From: Oopsacas minuta
Lineage: Eukaryota; Animalia; Porifera
Direction: 5' to 3'
Assembly: GCA_024704765.1 (NCBI GenBank)
Contig: JAKMXF010000321.1
Coordinates: 1,137,006-1,201,005 of the forward strand
Length of the DNA: 64,000 nucleotides
Shown piece after piece: positions 11,801-24,104 of this stretch. Positions within the stretch are counted from its first letter, which is position 1. Each line of letters starts with the position of its first letter. Made by a program: the position numbers and the translations under genes. The notes below the pieces were generated by a model, which saw nothing but the letters and a program-made list of their open reading frames with translations, did no database searches and was not told where the DNA came from.

Positions 11801-14800
11801 ATAAGATCTTGCTAATATCAGAATCGTGGTAACTATGCCCGGTTGAGGAGGTGCCCGTGTCTTAACAACAAATCTCGTATGTTTTCTGGCTAAAATGATA
11901 TTTTCTTACTTACTGCATATAAAGAGGTGCGGATCTTGGAGGTCTACTAACTGTACAAAATCGCATGCGAAAAGAGGATTTCAATCCCACATATTTTGTT
12001 CAATAATAGGGGGACGATTTTTGTCAAAACAATATGTCCAAAAAAACGGGAGAGTAGCAAGTATGATGACGTCATTAACGACATAAAATTGAAACGCGAA
12101 TAACTCAATAATGATAACAACTAGACTGTTAGAGTAATACTTCCAATTGATTAAGTGTAGTAGATGTTGCGACGGACACATTGCCCACTATAACTATGAC
12201 GTCACCATAGTGGAGGTGGTGGTGACAAAGCGAAATTTTCAAAAGTGAGATTTCATAAAATTAGGCCAAACATGAGTGTTTGCAGACAAATAAACAGATC
12301 GCAAGAAAAATGAAACACAAATATTTGGATGAAATTTCACAAAACTATCTTACGTCACATAAATATATAATTAGTCTGTATAGAGACAAAATTGAACTGA
12401 TTAAAATTATTTATATACGTCAGGGTGGGCAGTTCTTTATGAGTTCCTTAATTATTTCCCCAATCTCACCCTGGGGTTCTTATAAAAAATACGTGTATTT
12501 TTCTAAAATAGTGATTCAATTTACAATCAAATCATTTAAAGTGAGGCTACTGCCACCCACCATAACAATATTATTCACTAATTCGAAAATGATCTAATCC
12601 AACAGTTGTAGCTCGCTTCAAATTACCTCTCTACAATCTGAGTGAGGTACATAATCAGCAATACCTCTCAGCGTGCTTTCCAGACAGCCCGCCGCTCCTG
12701 ACTTTATTATATCTAGCACCTTTCAAGCCGAATTCAGGATGTAATTTTCCCAGGTGGGCATTGCTTCTATGTTCCCCCTTGGCAGTTTTCGGTCGATGTC
12801 CCCCTCGGACTTCTTTCTTGACAGGACAGGAGCACAGGATTCTAAATTACAATCAGAGATAAACTATCCTAAAAATTCAACCCCTTACTTATTCCCACTG
12901 CGTTTCTCAAGGCGTTTTGAGTATGATGAGACATTTATCACTGGTTAGCTGAAAACAATCCTTTAATGTTGCCAAATAGATTTCCGTTAAAATTCTACAT
13001 GATTTCTGAACAATATATGTAGTCTACAGGGTTAGGCATAAGTTCTACACCAACTTCTCAAAGTAAATATCCCTAGTATTTTCTATCATGCATTTTTTCT
13101 ATAGGTTGTAGAATATACTTAGAGCATACATACTCAATTTTTTAATTCCAAATCTTTTCTAAACAGCGAATTCTTTTATGGAGGGCCAAAAATCCAAACG
13201 CCCTGCAATTTTGGAATTATATACACAGGGGAAGACAGTCAAAGAGATAACGAAAGCGCTCTGTTACCAAATGGACTGTGTATAGGACGATCCAACGTTT
13301 CAACGAAACAGGTGAGACGTCTGACAGACCTAGATCAGGTCGACCTCGATCCATACGCACACCATTGTTGAAAAAATCGGTCAGGGAGAAGATCAGATAC
13401 AACCCCAAGAGAAGCGTCCAGAAAATGGCTAACGAATGCAATTGCTCTACGCGAACTATGGGAAGGTTAGTTCATGACGATTTAGGACTTAAATCATACA
13501 AATTTAGAAAGGCACAGCTATTATCTGATGTCAACAAGAAGAGGATAGAGAAATGTAAGAAACTTCGAGAGCGGTTCAGAGATGGCAGACACCTTGATAT
13601 TCTTTTCACAGATGAAAAGTTATCCACCGTTGAATGCAGTTTCAACAGGCAAAATGATAGAGTTCTCTGCTCCACTTCAAAAGGGATATCTCCAGTTGCA
13701 AGGATAGTTAAACGAACCCAAAAACCTGCTTCTGTTATGGTCTGGGGCGGGATCACAGCTACTGGTCGGACCTCCCTCGTGTTCATTGATCAAGGTGTCA
13801 AAGTCAACCCTGAAAAGTATATTCAAGACATATTAGAAGGCGGATTAGAACCTTGGGCTACCCCGCATTTTCAAGGAAGGCACTGGATCTTTCAACAGGA
13901 CTCAGCTCCTGCTCATAAGTCCAAAGCAACCCAAACCTGGTTAAAGGACCATTTTCCAGAGATAATCTCCCCTGTGGAATGGCCAGCTTCATCTCCTGAT
14001 CTAAATCGGATGGACTTTAGCATTTGGTCAATTCTGGAGAGCAAAGCTTGCGTTAAACCCCACAAAAGTCTGGAGGCTCTCAGAGCATCATTAGTTCGGG
14101 AATGGCATCTAATACCACAGGAAGTGCTGTCTGCCTCCTCAGATTGTTTCTATAAACGTCTGAGCTCATGCATTCAGGCAAAGGGCGATATTTTTGAAGG
14201 GCTAGTATAGGATATATACAAAATTATGTGAAAACCTTGAATCACAATTATTTGATAAGTTTGCAATGCCATTGAATTGAATATACAACGATAACTGAGT
14301 TGCAGAACTTATGCCTAACCCTGTAGACAGGTCAAGAAACTTTTACACATTGGGTTAGAGTCAATAATATTCACTTTGTCTACTAGCCTAAACCCAGAAT
14401 TCTGGAGCTGGAGGGCCACCTGATTATAGTGTCAATGATATGGGGATCGGGGAGATGCCACCCAATAGTTAAATATAGCATACGAGGGGCACTTGAAAAG
14501 TTTTGTCGTTTATATACTTATATAATAGGTATTACATATTATATGGTCACATTTTTCAAAATACTCGCCTTGACACTCTATACACCTTTTCATGCGTTTA
14601 AACCAGGTATCAAAGCACATTTTCCATTCTTCTTTGGGTATCTCCTCAATTGCTAAGAAAAGTGCCCCCGGTCAACTCTTCATTGCTGAAAAATCTCCTC
14701 CCACGAAGTTGATCTTTCAGCTTTGGGAATAACCAAATTCGTAAGGGGCTAGATCTGGACTGTAGGGTGGGTGGGGTAGCGTTCCGATCCTATAATTCTC

Positions 14801-16691
14801 TAAAAACTCACGAGTTCTTAGTGCTGTATGTGATGAAGCATTATCGTGGTGAAGCAGGATTCCTCGGACACCTGACTTCTCACGTTGTTTTTTCGATAGC
14901 ACTGAATACTTTCGGAAGACATATTGTGGTATACCAATCAGCGGTGACTGTCTTCCTATCCTCAAGTGCAATTCCTTCAACAAATCCACTACGTCTAAAG
15001 AAAATCGCCCACATCTGCTTTCCGACTGATCTAATTCTCCGAACCTTTGTTGGAGGTAAACCACCTTCTTCGACCCACTCCTTAGATTGTCTCTTCGTTT
15101 CTGGATCATAGTGGTATATCCATGTCTCATCGCCTGTGAGTATTTCAGAAACAGCTCTAGAAGTTCCATTAGTAAATCTTTTAAGCATAATTTTGCAAAA
15201 GTCCACTTGGCACTTTTTCTGATCGGACGACAAAGAATGCGGGATCCAACGTGCACATAACTTTCTAAGACCGAGCTCTTTATGTAAGATGACGTTTATA
15301 CTCCCCGATGACAATTTGGTTTCATGTTCTAACTGAGCGTAAGTAACATGAGGGTCTTTTGTTACTTCGTCCAACACCAGCTCTACATTTTGGACCGTGT
15401 GTGTAATACTGGGCCTACCAGGACGGGGACCATCTTCAAGAATAAAATTTCCATGAATAAACTCTGAGTACCATCGCTCTACTGTTCTCAAACAAGGAGC
15501 TATATTTGGGAAGTGCTTCTGCAAAGTTTCGTGTATTTCCAAACGGCTCTTCTCAAGTTTGAACAAAATTAAAATCATCGCTCTAAAATCGCGTTTTGTG
15601 AGGTCAGATTCTGGTTGAGGAATCATACAAGCCATAGCTTTTAGAAATCAAGCAATTCGAAAAGTACAAAAGATAAACTGATGAAATTTGTTGTGTAGGT
15701 AAATAATATGCGTCTAAATATATATAAAATAATTTTATTAGAAAATACTTGTGGTTTAATAACAAACGACAAAACTTTTCGAGTGCCCTTCGTATGTGTA
15801 GTATTCTACTCTTAGAGCAAGTTATAATCTTTGAATGACCAGAACCATTCACAAAATAGTGCTTCCAAGCTCTGTTGTCAACAACACTACTAGAGTACTA
15901 TTCCTTTTCGCTTATTATTAACAATTCGTATTTTAGTGCAGCTCCTATAGGGAGATGCCCTAATGGCATGGACGATGTGTGACGTCCGTCCTTCCTCGCG
16001 GCAGTGTGAAATCTAGCAGTCCAATTAACATAACAATTGGTATACATATACATTTTGGGTCGGAGATTTGCACCTCAGGTATAAACAATGCTAAAGTGAA
16101 TATTTCACACACTTTGGAAATACTTCGAAATGATGCTAGAGATTTTGTTTCAAAGTCATGGGTGATCGAGTATGTATGTAGATTTCAAATTTCACATTAT
16201 AAATCTATATCTAAATGATTTATCATATGATTAATCATAACACAAACAAACTTTCCTGTGTTGCACTCCCAGTCTGTCGGCTGGGCATTTTATATACACA
16301 TTTCCTTGCTAACACTTGATATTAATCCTATTATCATTTAGATTCAAAAACTTTGGCTTATCAAGCTCATATGGCTGAGAGATGGCCAAAATTTATTAAA
16401 AGCTGGTTGAATGATTATGCCAGACCAAAGTTAGTACTTGTCTACGAAAAAATTAACAACAATAAAGAAGAACGTTTACATTCAATAGCTGAATTCCTAA
16501 ATGTCCCTATACTCGACCAAGGTCTAATGTGTTTACAGAAATACCCTAATGGTTATGCTCTCAGGGATAAACAGGTACCCAGGCCGAAGTTTCTTAATCC
16601 GTCAATAGAGCACTTAATCCAGGAAGGATTGAGAGAAGTATCTCCTATTCTCATGAATTATGGGATATATTACAATTTGGATAATAACTGA
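8513..16691 (+). CDS. WSCD-like: WSCD-family (WSCD1/2-like) type II membrane sulfotransferase without a WSC domain, 308 aa; join(8513-8855,9442-9675,16342-16691)
   Basis: Both introns are GT-AG and phase 1; 927 nt spliced gives 308 aa plus stop. N-terminal hydrophobic anchor; PAPS 5'-PSB motif LATFPGSGTTWLRYLIEESTG; IAIKTH; 3'-PB-like IILIRHPRNSIIAEVNR; C-terminal LVLVYE..AEFLNV..LMC. These match remembered human WSCD1 motifs (SFPGAGNTW, LIRNPYRSLVAEFNR). Confidence 0.88.
9442..9675 (+). CDS. WSCD-like: WSCD-like sulfotransferase, coding exon 2
   Basis: Acceptor CATTTAG| and donor G|GTAAGT; in frame with ORF 9525-9725. Confidence 0.88.
9795..9827. repeat. (TG)n microsatellite with one interruption
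   Basis: tgtgtgtgtatgtgtg... read directly from the sequence. Confidence 0.95.
10250..10720 (+). repeat. Interspersed repeat family B (HINE/Helentron-associated-like), partial copy
   Basis: Clearly similar to 40199-40944 (inverted), 34810-35030 and ~60830-61080 (GAAACTGGAGGACCCC..CATACAGGGGTATTTTGGG..GTTCGAGTCTTGG). Boundaries approximate. Confidence 0.55.
13027..14323 (+). mobile_element. Full-length Tc1/mariner element of the DD37D (maT-type) class, 1297 bp, in WSCD intron 2
   Basis: TIR CAGGGTTAGGCATAAGTTCT (20 bp identical) at both ends; TA TSD at 13025-13026 and 14324-14325. Confidence 0.93.
13178..14210 (+). pseudogene. DD37D transposase with one 5' frameshift
   Basis: ATG at 13178 (MEGQKSKRPAILELY) is out of frame with ORF 13278-14210; shift near 13260. 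Triad FTDEK / QQDSAPAH / SPDLNRMDF with 37 residues between D2 and D3 (counted). Confidence 0.9.
14483..15792 (-). mobile_element. Full-length mariner (DD34D-type) element, 1310 bp, in WSCD intron 2
   Basis: 29-bp TIRs CGA(G/A)GGGCACT(T/C)GAAAAGTTTTGTCGTTT with 2 mismatches; TA TSD at 14481-14482 and 15793-15794. Confidence 0.93.
14547..15635 (-). pseudogene. Mariner transposase pseudogene (at least 2 frameshifts)
   Basis: WIPHSL, TGDETW, HHDNASSH and PYSPDLAP are spread over ORFs 14880-15635 and 14717-15256. The third catalytic position (34 spacing) reads E next to a frameshift. C-terminal WFKRMKRCIECQGEYFEKM* ends at 14547. Confidence 0.9.
15931..16291 (+). mobile_element. HINE/DINE-1-like non-autonomous Helentron-associated element (family A), complete-looking copy
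   Basis: T-run at both ends, subterminal inverted repeat AGTGCAGC / GTTGCACT, GTCC-type microsatellite core and a 3' stem-loop CCCAGTC-TGTC-GGCTGGG (16268-16285). No TSD seen. Confidence 0.65.
16342..16691 (+). CDS. WSCD-like: WSCD-like sulfotransferase, coding exon 3 (last)
   Basis: Acceptor CATTTAG|; translates DSKTLAYQAHMAERWPKFIKSWL...NLDNN*. Confidence 0.88.
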
Positions 16692-18074
16692 ATTTATCTA
16701 TTGCACATTTTAATGTATATACGTATTGTCAATTTTATCATTTACATAATGATTTTCTGGTGTTATTCCTTGATATATTTCAGATTTTTGCCGGAATGAA
16801 TATTACAGGTATCCTTCATCCTCGATTTAAGGGATAGATTATTCTTTGGAAATACCGTGTAAAACGAATTTTAGTCGATCACCAAATTAATGATCACGAT
16901 TTCAATCGTTCAAGAAGAATGATCGGAGATCGTGATTCCGATCCTTGCACCGAAAAGGGTAGCGATCACAATCACGATTTCCGATCACATTTCTGAAATT
17001 TATAAGCACCCCATATAGAGAGATGCTCTATTACCTGCTGCAGTCCACCCGTTCGGGTGGCCATGCGAAATCTACCAGTCTGATTGCCATGAAAATTCAG
17101 TTTCAAATTCTGTCTGCCCAAAAAGATCGAAAATATGATCCAATAATTTTCAGGATAAAATGATCGCGATCTTACACTCGATTACTGTTTATAAAATGAC
17201 CGGCGATCATCCTCCGATCGACAAAAACAGATTGCGATCGCACGATACTAATGCCCTAACTACAAGTGATAGAACCTTTGCGTAAGAGTCAGCCAAAAGT
17301 CCAATCAGCACACATCTTCGTGGTCGAAGGTTCGCCTTTGTGATCCGAAACCCGACGTTTAGGGAGGTGAACAAACAGCAGTTATAGTACGGACTGCTAA
17401 CAACATCCTAGACCTGAGAGAGAAGAAACATTCCTCGGCTGGCACGCCATTACCCGAAAATGTGCCGGGTCACTGGTTACTCTGATAGAAGACATTCTTC
17501 GTATATATGGATATAGAAAATAACTGTGTTGGTCAGGTTCTAGATGGCGCTGCAGCAGTGAGGGAGGGCTAAGTGGAGTGAAAACGAGGATAATATCTAT
17601 GCATCCTCAGGATTTGTTCATCTATTGTGTAGGTCACGCACAATATTTGGTCCTCAAGCAAGGCGATATAGTAGTACCCGCTTGCGAACACGAAATGTCT
17701 GTAGAGAAAATCATGTTAAGCGTACTTCAGCCTGGAAGGCTGAACATCAACGGAGAAGTGATGAGAGAACAAGTGATCAGGGAAAGGATAACGACGAAGG
17801 AGACTCTGACAGCTAGGAAGAGTAGTGGATTGGTTTGTACGTGGAAAATATTGGCAAAGAAAAAGAAACTGTGATGTTACTCAGTGATCGAGATGGTTGT
17901 GCAACTAAGGGGTCGTTTCAAGATTTTAAACAATTATTCTTCACTGTTGGATTACTTTACACAGTCATTAAAAGTGGACGAATAGTCAAGTGTTAAGAAT
18001 TCTTATCTAGCTAAAGCTAGAGAGTTTGTCAACCTACTAGATAACTACTGCACGTATTACAGCTTACGTGTATT

Positions 18075-18847
18075 CATAGACTACTATATAATACAGATAG
18101 GAAAGTAGTCGAGGAACGAATAAAAACGAAAGGCCATTTATATAAATCTCATAAAAGTTAAATTAACCCTTCAAAATTTGTGAATTGAACTTTTTTAAGG
18201 TTAGAAAATGTAACTAATCAGTTAAGACTACCTAAAGTTCAAGCGGCCATCTTTCATCTCGTTTAGGCGCATTCAATTCACGACATTAAAATTCACACAA
18301 ATGCTCATCAAAATAGAATTTTTTACTTTATGAAATTCTTGTATTTCAATGAATTAATGTCCTCTATTTATTCATACGGTATATAAAATTAGCCGTTTTC
18401 TTTAGAATATTTGTATCACATCTTAATAGCCTATTTTTGAAAATTCATAAATGTATTTTTGATAAATATATTATTTTATGTCACATGAAATAATTGCAAT
18501 AAGCAATACTTAAAACATAGATTTAACTTGAGTGTGAATTACTTGTACGAATTCTAACAATATTAGCATAAAGTTAAATACAATACATTTTTTACAAAAA
18601 TATTTGAGAAAATGTTCAAATTATATAAATGCTAACGTCATCGCATAAATTGCGCCTAAACGAGATGAAAGATGGCCGTTTGAACCTTTTAGGTAGTCTT
18701 AACTCATTCTTCACATTTTCTAACCCTAAAAAAGTTCAATTCACAAATTTTGAAGGATTAATTTAACTTTTATGAGATTTATATAAATGGCCTCTTTTGT
18801 ACTCGTTCCTCGGCTACTTTCCTATCTGTATTATATAGTAGTATATG
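18075..18847 (+). mobile_element. Fold-back non-autonomous DNA transposon (P/Galileo-like), copy 1, 773 bp
   Basis: ~195-bp TIRs beginning CATAGACTACTATATAATACAG / CATATACTACTATATAATACAG; perfect 7-bp TSD GTGTATT at 18068-18074 and 18848-18854. Confidence 0.85.
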
Positions 18848-20519
18848 GTGTATTGCAGGATGCGTACTCTATTATTAACCTGTACATCGTATCATTCAAT
18901 CTCCTACCTTGACCGGGATCATATAAGGACTACTCATGATCGGATGAGTCCGAAAGCTAAAGATTGGATCGCATAAACAGCATTCTACAAGAAAGTGATA
19001 ACAGAAGCTGATGAAATAGGCTTATAGGGTCTTATTCTTGAGCGTGCCTCCGGGCGGGGGAGAAAGAGTAAATTTATGGCTGCTTTAGAAGAGGATCAGC
19101 TTCTGCTCGTGCAACATGCTCCACCAATTCATAGGTCTATCCTGCTCGAACTGGTTGTGATTCGAGGAGGAAGTATGACTCCGCTGACATAACTATTGTA
19201 GGTACATGGAGAAGCTATGTTCAAATCTGAGCGCGATATACAGATACTATGTGGTTGCTTTAATAATATCGCATGGAAAGGATTTTATCAGTACTGCTCA
19301 GTTGAAAATAATTCGTTCAGATTGGCGAAATGCACTGAAACAATACTATAGGATCTATGATCCTTTTTTAGCGCAGCTCCTATGCCCTAAGCATAGGGAC
19401 GTACGTCAGATGCCACATATCCTAAGTACGTCCACGCGGCCGTGCGAAATCTGACATTCCGATTCACATGAAAATTGTTATCGCACATATATTCATTTTG
19501 GGTCGGCGATTTCCACTTTGGGCATTTATTTTTTCCAAAGTATAATTTTCACACCTTTCTCTATATTAAATTCAAAAGCATATTAGAGATTAGGTTAAAT
19601 ATGTCATAGATAATTGGGTGTGTAGAGTCCGATTTGAGATTTTCCGAGTCTGAAAGTTACAAATTCACAGTTTTATCATATGATTAATCATATTTTCACA
19701 CCTTTTTGCACATATTTTGAAAGATCCTGGAGATTTCCTTTCTACTGTTAGTCAGGGGTAATTGTGAGTTTAGATTCCAATTGTATCTTTTCAAATCTAC
19801 GTATACTCAAATTATTTATCATAAGCCGAATTGCCCCTTGTATGCAGCTGGTAGCAGCAAAATCTATTAATATTTCCAAGGCCATTTTGAATATTTGGTG
19901 TATTTTAGGATTTTTCTTAAGTAACATGGTTAATGCAGGGTTGGTGTAAAATACATTAAGATGTATTTAAATACATACAAAAAACATTTCTAAATGTATT
20001 TTATGGAACACAATTACTTTGTAAATGATCACCAAAGTATTTAAATACTTTTAAAATACTTTCCGACAATATTTCAACACTTCACAAATCTTCCTTAACA
20101 GTATAGATTATCTATTATACTAAGGAACATGGATCTATTAATTAACATTAACAATAGTCTCTCGTTAATACGAACACTTGGATAAGACGAACACATTTTG
20201 ACGGTCCCCTGGTGTTGTCTGTTCGCACACTTTCAAAAGAGCTTCTCTTGCATTTCGTTTATTCATTCTGGCCATCTTTGAGGTTTGGAAATTATGTCAA
20301 ATTAAATCTATTTATTTGTATATGCGAAATTAAGTCCTATTTATTTCAAAGTACGAACGAAGATTCTGAGGTGATATGCCAGCATAAGCGCTAAATTTGA
20401 ATTGTCAACTGCTGGTAATTGTAGACCTTTGTTGTTCGCATACTGATTATTTTCCACAAACTATTTGTATTAATTTATTCATATCAATATGGTCTTTGAA
20501 ATATGATCTTTGAGACTTT

Positions 20520-21000
20520 TCTACTAATCTTGTGAAAAAATTCCTCTTCATCCTCTAATTTGAATTATCACCTGCTTGGGCATATAGTCTCGCTCTTTCA
20601 TCGCAATCCGTATTTCCTCAGTTAACCAATCTGGAACAGTAGAATATTCTACTCCTTTTTCCTGCCAGGCGTGTGAGTCTAAGACATCTATTAGGAGCTC
20701 AATACACGAAAACCTCCTGTATACAACCTCAATTATGTTTGTTTCATCTCGACATTTAAACTTCAGTATTTCGTCAAATATAAATAGTAACACCACCGTG
20801 ATTCATTCCATTTGATCTATCTTTCCTCAATAATTTGTACCCTGGAACATTAAATTCATTATTTGTATGAGTAGGAGCTAACCACGTCTTGGACTTACAA
20901 AAATTGTCGCATTCTTTATTGGTTAGTAGAATAAGAACATCACAATCTTATCAGCAAGGCTTCAAATATTCCAATGAGAAATCTTTAAACCCTTCGGTAG
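20520..21000 (-). mobile_element. Degraded non-LTR (CR1/L2-like) retrotransposon ORF2 fragment
   Basis: Minus strand gives GLKISHWNI*SLADKI..ILLTNKECDNFCKSKTWL (start of an APE endonuclease) and PDWLTEEIRIAMKERD (pre-RT PW-like motif). Boundaries approximate. Confidence 0.55.
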
Positions 21001-22079
21001 GCCAAAGCCAGAGGAGACAGACCAGATTGTAAACCCATAATCTAATAGCTCCTTAGTTTGTTTTATGAAGTTTTGAAATTGTATGTATATGTAAAGCCTT
21101 TTTATGAAAATGGCAATTGGAAATTAACAATATTTGACAATGCAATGGAATTTATTAACTTTTGTAATACAAATTTGTTCAAAAAGTTTTGAACAGCCCC
21201 TTGTAGTTTTAAATATGTATACTGATATTCGCATGAGCCAATACATTTCATAGGACTACAGATTTTTTAGATGAGCCTTGTAATGATATATCCCTGTGTA
21301 AATGTGGCCTGCATGTTGCAAAAGTTTACGAACCCCTGACATAGAGCATAAACTTATATGCAAGAATATCATATATCAACATACAATATCTGATTTCTAT
21401 GGTTTAGCTCCACTGTAGGTTATCTATATTTCTAATATGAAATTAATATTCTGTAATCTTACGATATCTTATTTGTGTGATTTGACTTTATATGTCTATC
21501 TGATTATAGTTATAATAGCAAGTATGTATATAAGAAATCAGTAAAATTATTCAGTCTCATTATTCAACAACATTTGATTGCTAAATTATAATGTTTTCAA
21601 CTCGACTCGGAAATATATCCTTCAATATCAATTGTAAGTTGAAAACTTTCCTATAATTCGCTCTTTTCATTACATCCATGCTGATCGTCCGGCCCGCCAG
21701 GTCTAACACTCAGACTCGAACCTTCTCACTTTAGATACTTTCTAGTGATTCTAAGTATGAATCCTATTATAGGTCAAACCTAGATTATCCGAATTCAATT
21801 TGATCATTGAATTGAAGTGATCGTAATATTTTCCCATCTAATATATTTGATATTTACCACTTCTTATTTTGCCTTAAACAAGCTAAAATCTATTCAAATA
21901 TCTTCTGTGACCCCCACAATATAATTTTTGTGCATTTTATTATCCAAACCAAGTATATGAACAAATTTAGTCTAAAAATTGATGAACTCTTCTTATGCAT
22001 CAAAAATTGACTTGGAGGTCATCAAAAACATCTATGGTCAAAGCTCCAAGAGGGTTGTCGGGCTCCAGGGCAACAGTCT

Positions 22080-22170
22080 TATTGGGCTGGACGATGTGCG
22101 ACGTCCGAGGTCCGTTCATCCCTCCGCGCGGACTTGCGAAATCTAGCAGTCCAATCAACATGAAAATTGG

Positions 22171-22210
<40 letters not shown>

Positions 22211-22270
22211 GTCGGAGATTTGCACCTCTAGTATGAATTTGCCTACCTGAAAGTAGCAATACATGTTCGT
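22080..22270 (+). repeat. Family A HINE-like partial copy containing an expanded (AT)~16 tract
   Basis: GGACGATGTGCGACGTCCG..AAATCTAGCAGTCCAAT matches the copy at 15931; (AT)n at 22176-22207 replaces ATACATATACAT of the other copies. Confidence 0.7.
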
Positions 22271-23786
22271 ATTTGAGTTAAAATTGTATTTGAAATTTAT
22301 TGTTGATATTTGTCATTGGGCTAATTCATGGGTATATTTTTCAAAAAATGGAAAAAATCCATGAATTTGCCTATTCTCAGTGACAAATATCAACTAACCA
22401 TTTCAAATAAATTTTAATAAAATGAAAATAAAATTTTGGCAAATTTCTATGGAAATTAATGAAACAAAGTCCCTATTAGGAGGCTTTGAAGTAAATCGTG
22501 CAAGGGCCAATTCATTTTAAATTTCTTTGGAAAAACATAGTTTCGTTTACGTCAAAAAGGTGCTAAAATCTCGTGTTTGGGGCGGGAATTGGTTAAAACG
22601 AAGTGGTAAAATTTCGCTATATAGAATATGAATTAACAATATTATTTTTGATCCCCCTATCCCCCTATCGACGCCCCTGCATATGGAGCTGCGAAACGTT
22701 TCTCATTTACAGTAGCCTAATTTGAATTATCTAAAAAATGTATATTGATTATCTGATTGAGACATAAGGGTTCGTTCGCTTTGTGACGAGGGTCTACATT
22801 CATGGAATGAAAATGTTAGCAGTTCCATCTTTAAGAGTAAATGGTATGTGAAATTATGACACCAATTCTCGATGTCTCTGTACCGTACAACATAGAACAT
22901 TACATCAACCATTCTCATACTTGTCAACGAGCTTCCTCCCTCTCAGTTTGAATTTCTATCAAACTTAGAGGGGGCAAGCTCTCTCATTTGAAAAAGAGCC
23001 TAGCATGGCCGCAGTCTCTCTTTTTTATTAACATGCATTGGGGCTAAAATGCCCAATGCATGTTATACAAATATCGATATCGGGGAAATCTCCTAATAGA
23101 TACGATATATCGAGAAAATGTAAAGCGATATTTGAAATATCCGAAATCTTTTGATTGTTTCGATATTTTTCAACCCAGTATATCGATGTCAATCCTTGAC
23201 CTACGTATTTTCCTATCATTTATGTTTGTAGATGATCTTATTGCAATTTGGTCATAAATTTTCACTCATTTTCCTTTTGACCCCTATATTGTTCCATTCA
23301 CCTCATTTTGTGTCATTATCAAGGTTACAGAATAGTGCTTAGAGAAATCGTATCAAAATGTATTACACGGGTATAGGAAGTTGGGCATGTAGTTCATATT
23401 GTCTTGAATGATTTTTGGCTAAAACTCTCGCAATAATCGAGTTATAAGTGGATATTGGCCAAAAATGTGCCATACATAACATTTGATATAACTCAATAAC
23501 GTGTCAACTTTATTATTACAAAATTTTATATTTTATGTGTAAACATCCTTAAATCACTTTATTTTAATTCTGGAATTGAAGAAGCACTAGTGATCGTTTA
23601 TCAGAGCTTTAGAAAGGGGAATATTTTTAACAATATATCAAATGAAACCCTACGAGTAGTCTAATAAATCTATTCTAACCAGTGCGAACTTCGAATTTCT
23701 GACTTGTGTAACTACCCCATAGCACTAGGATGCTGGTTAGAAGACCCTGTGATTTATGAATATGAATTGTTATTGTATAATTTAAT

Positions 23787-24104
23787 ATGACTCATAAAAT
23801 ATTCAGAAATCATAGTAAACCTTTCACTAAAACTCTCAAAAGATCATATTATACTACATCCATGACAGATAGTTTGGACTTACAACCACTTACCAGTACC
23901 ATTGACGTAGGGGTAAATGAGCCCCAGACAAATCTGGACCTTCCTTCCATTTGTCTATGCATTGTGAATGACGAAGCAGCTAATCTAACTGATCAGCTAG
24001 TAATATACAATGAATCTTTGGGGGCTGCTACTGAAGATCATTTGCTCAAAGTAAAGCCAATTGAAGGGGGCGATGTAATTGAAGTGAAGAAACAGCATAC
24101 AAAG
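23787..24104 (+). CDS. TRPA1-like: TRPA-like channel, putative coding exon 1
   Basis: Open frame ending in donor AAG|GTATAT (phase 0). No homology motif, so supported by splice-phase fit only. Confidence 0.55.

Noticed and set aside
13472-15256. Antisense and overlapping ORFs (13472-13786, 13217-13441, 14767-15111; likewise 30474-31413, 39184-39366, 59215-59979)
   Set aside because: These are shadow frames of real transposase or channel coding sequence.
17525-18890. Possible solo LTR (TG start, higher GC, ORFs 17578-17874 and 17625-17816)
   Set aside because: No matching TSD, primer-binding site, second LTR or retroviral motif was found; the ORFs have no recognisable domain.
18930-19030. 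Hammerhead-ribozyme-like words (GATGAGTCCGAAAG, CTGATGAA)
   Set aside because: The CTGATGA and GAAA cores cannot be arranged with the required stems.
23029-23065. Perfect 14-bp stem hairpin TAACATGCATTGGG / CCCAATGCATGTTA upstream of the TRP gene
   Set aside because: Too short and isolated to assign; most likely a MITE relic among adjacent ATCGATAT-rich repeat debris.
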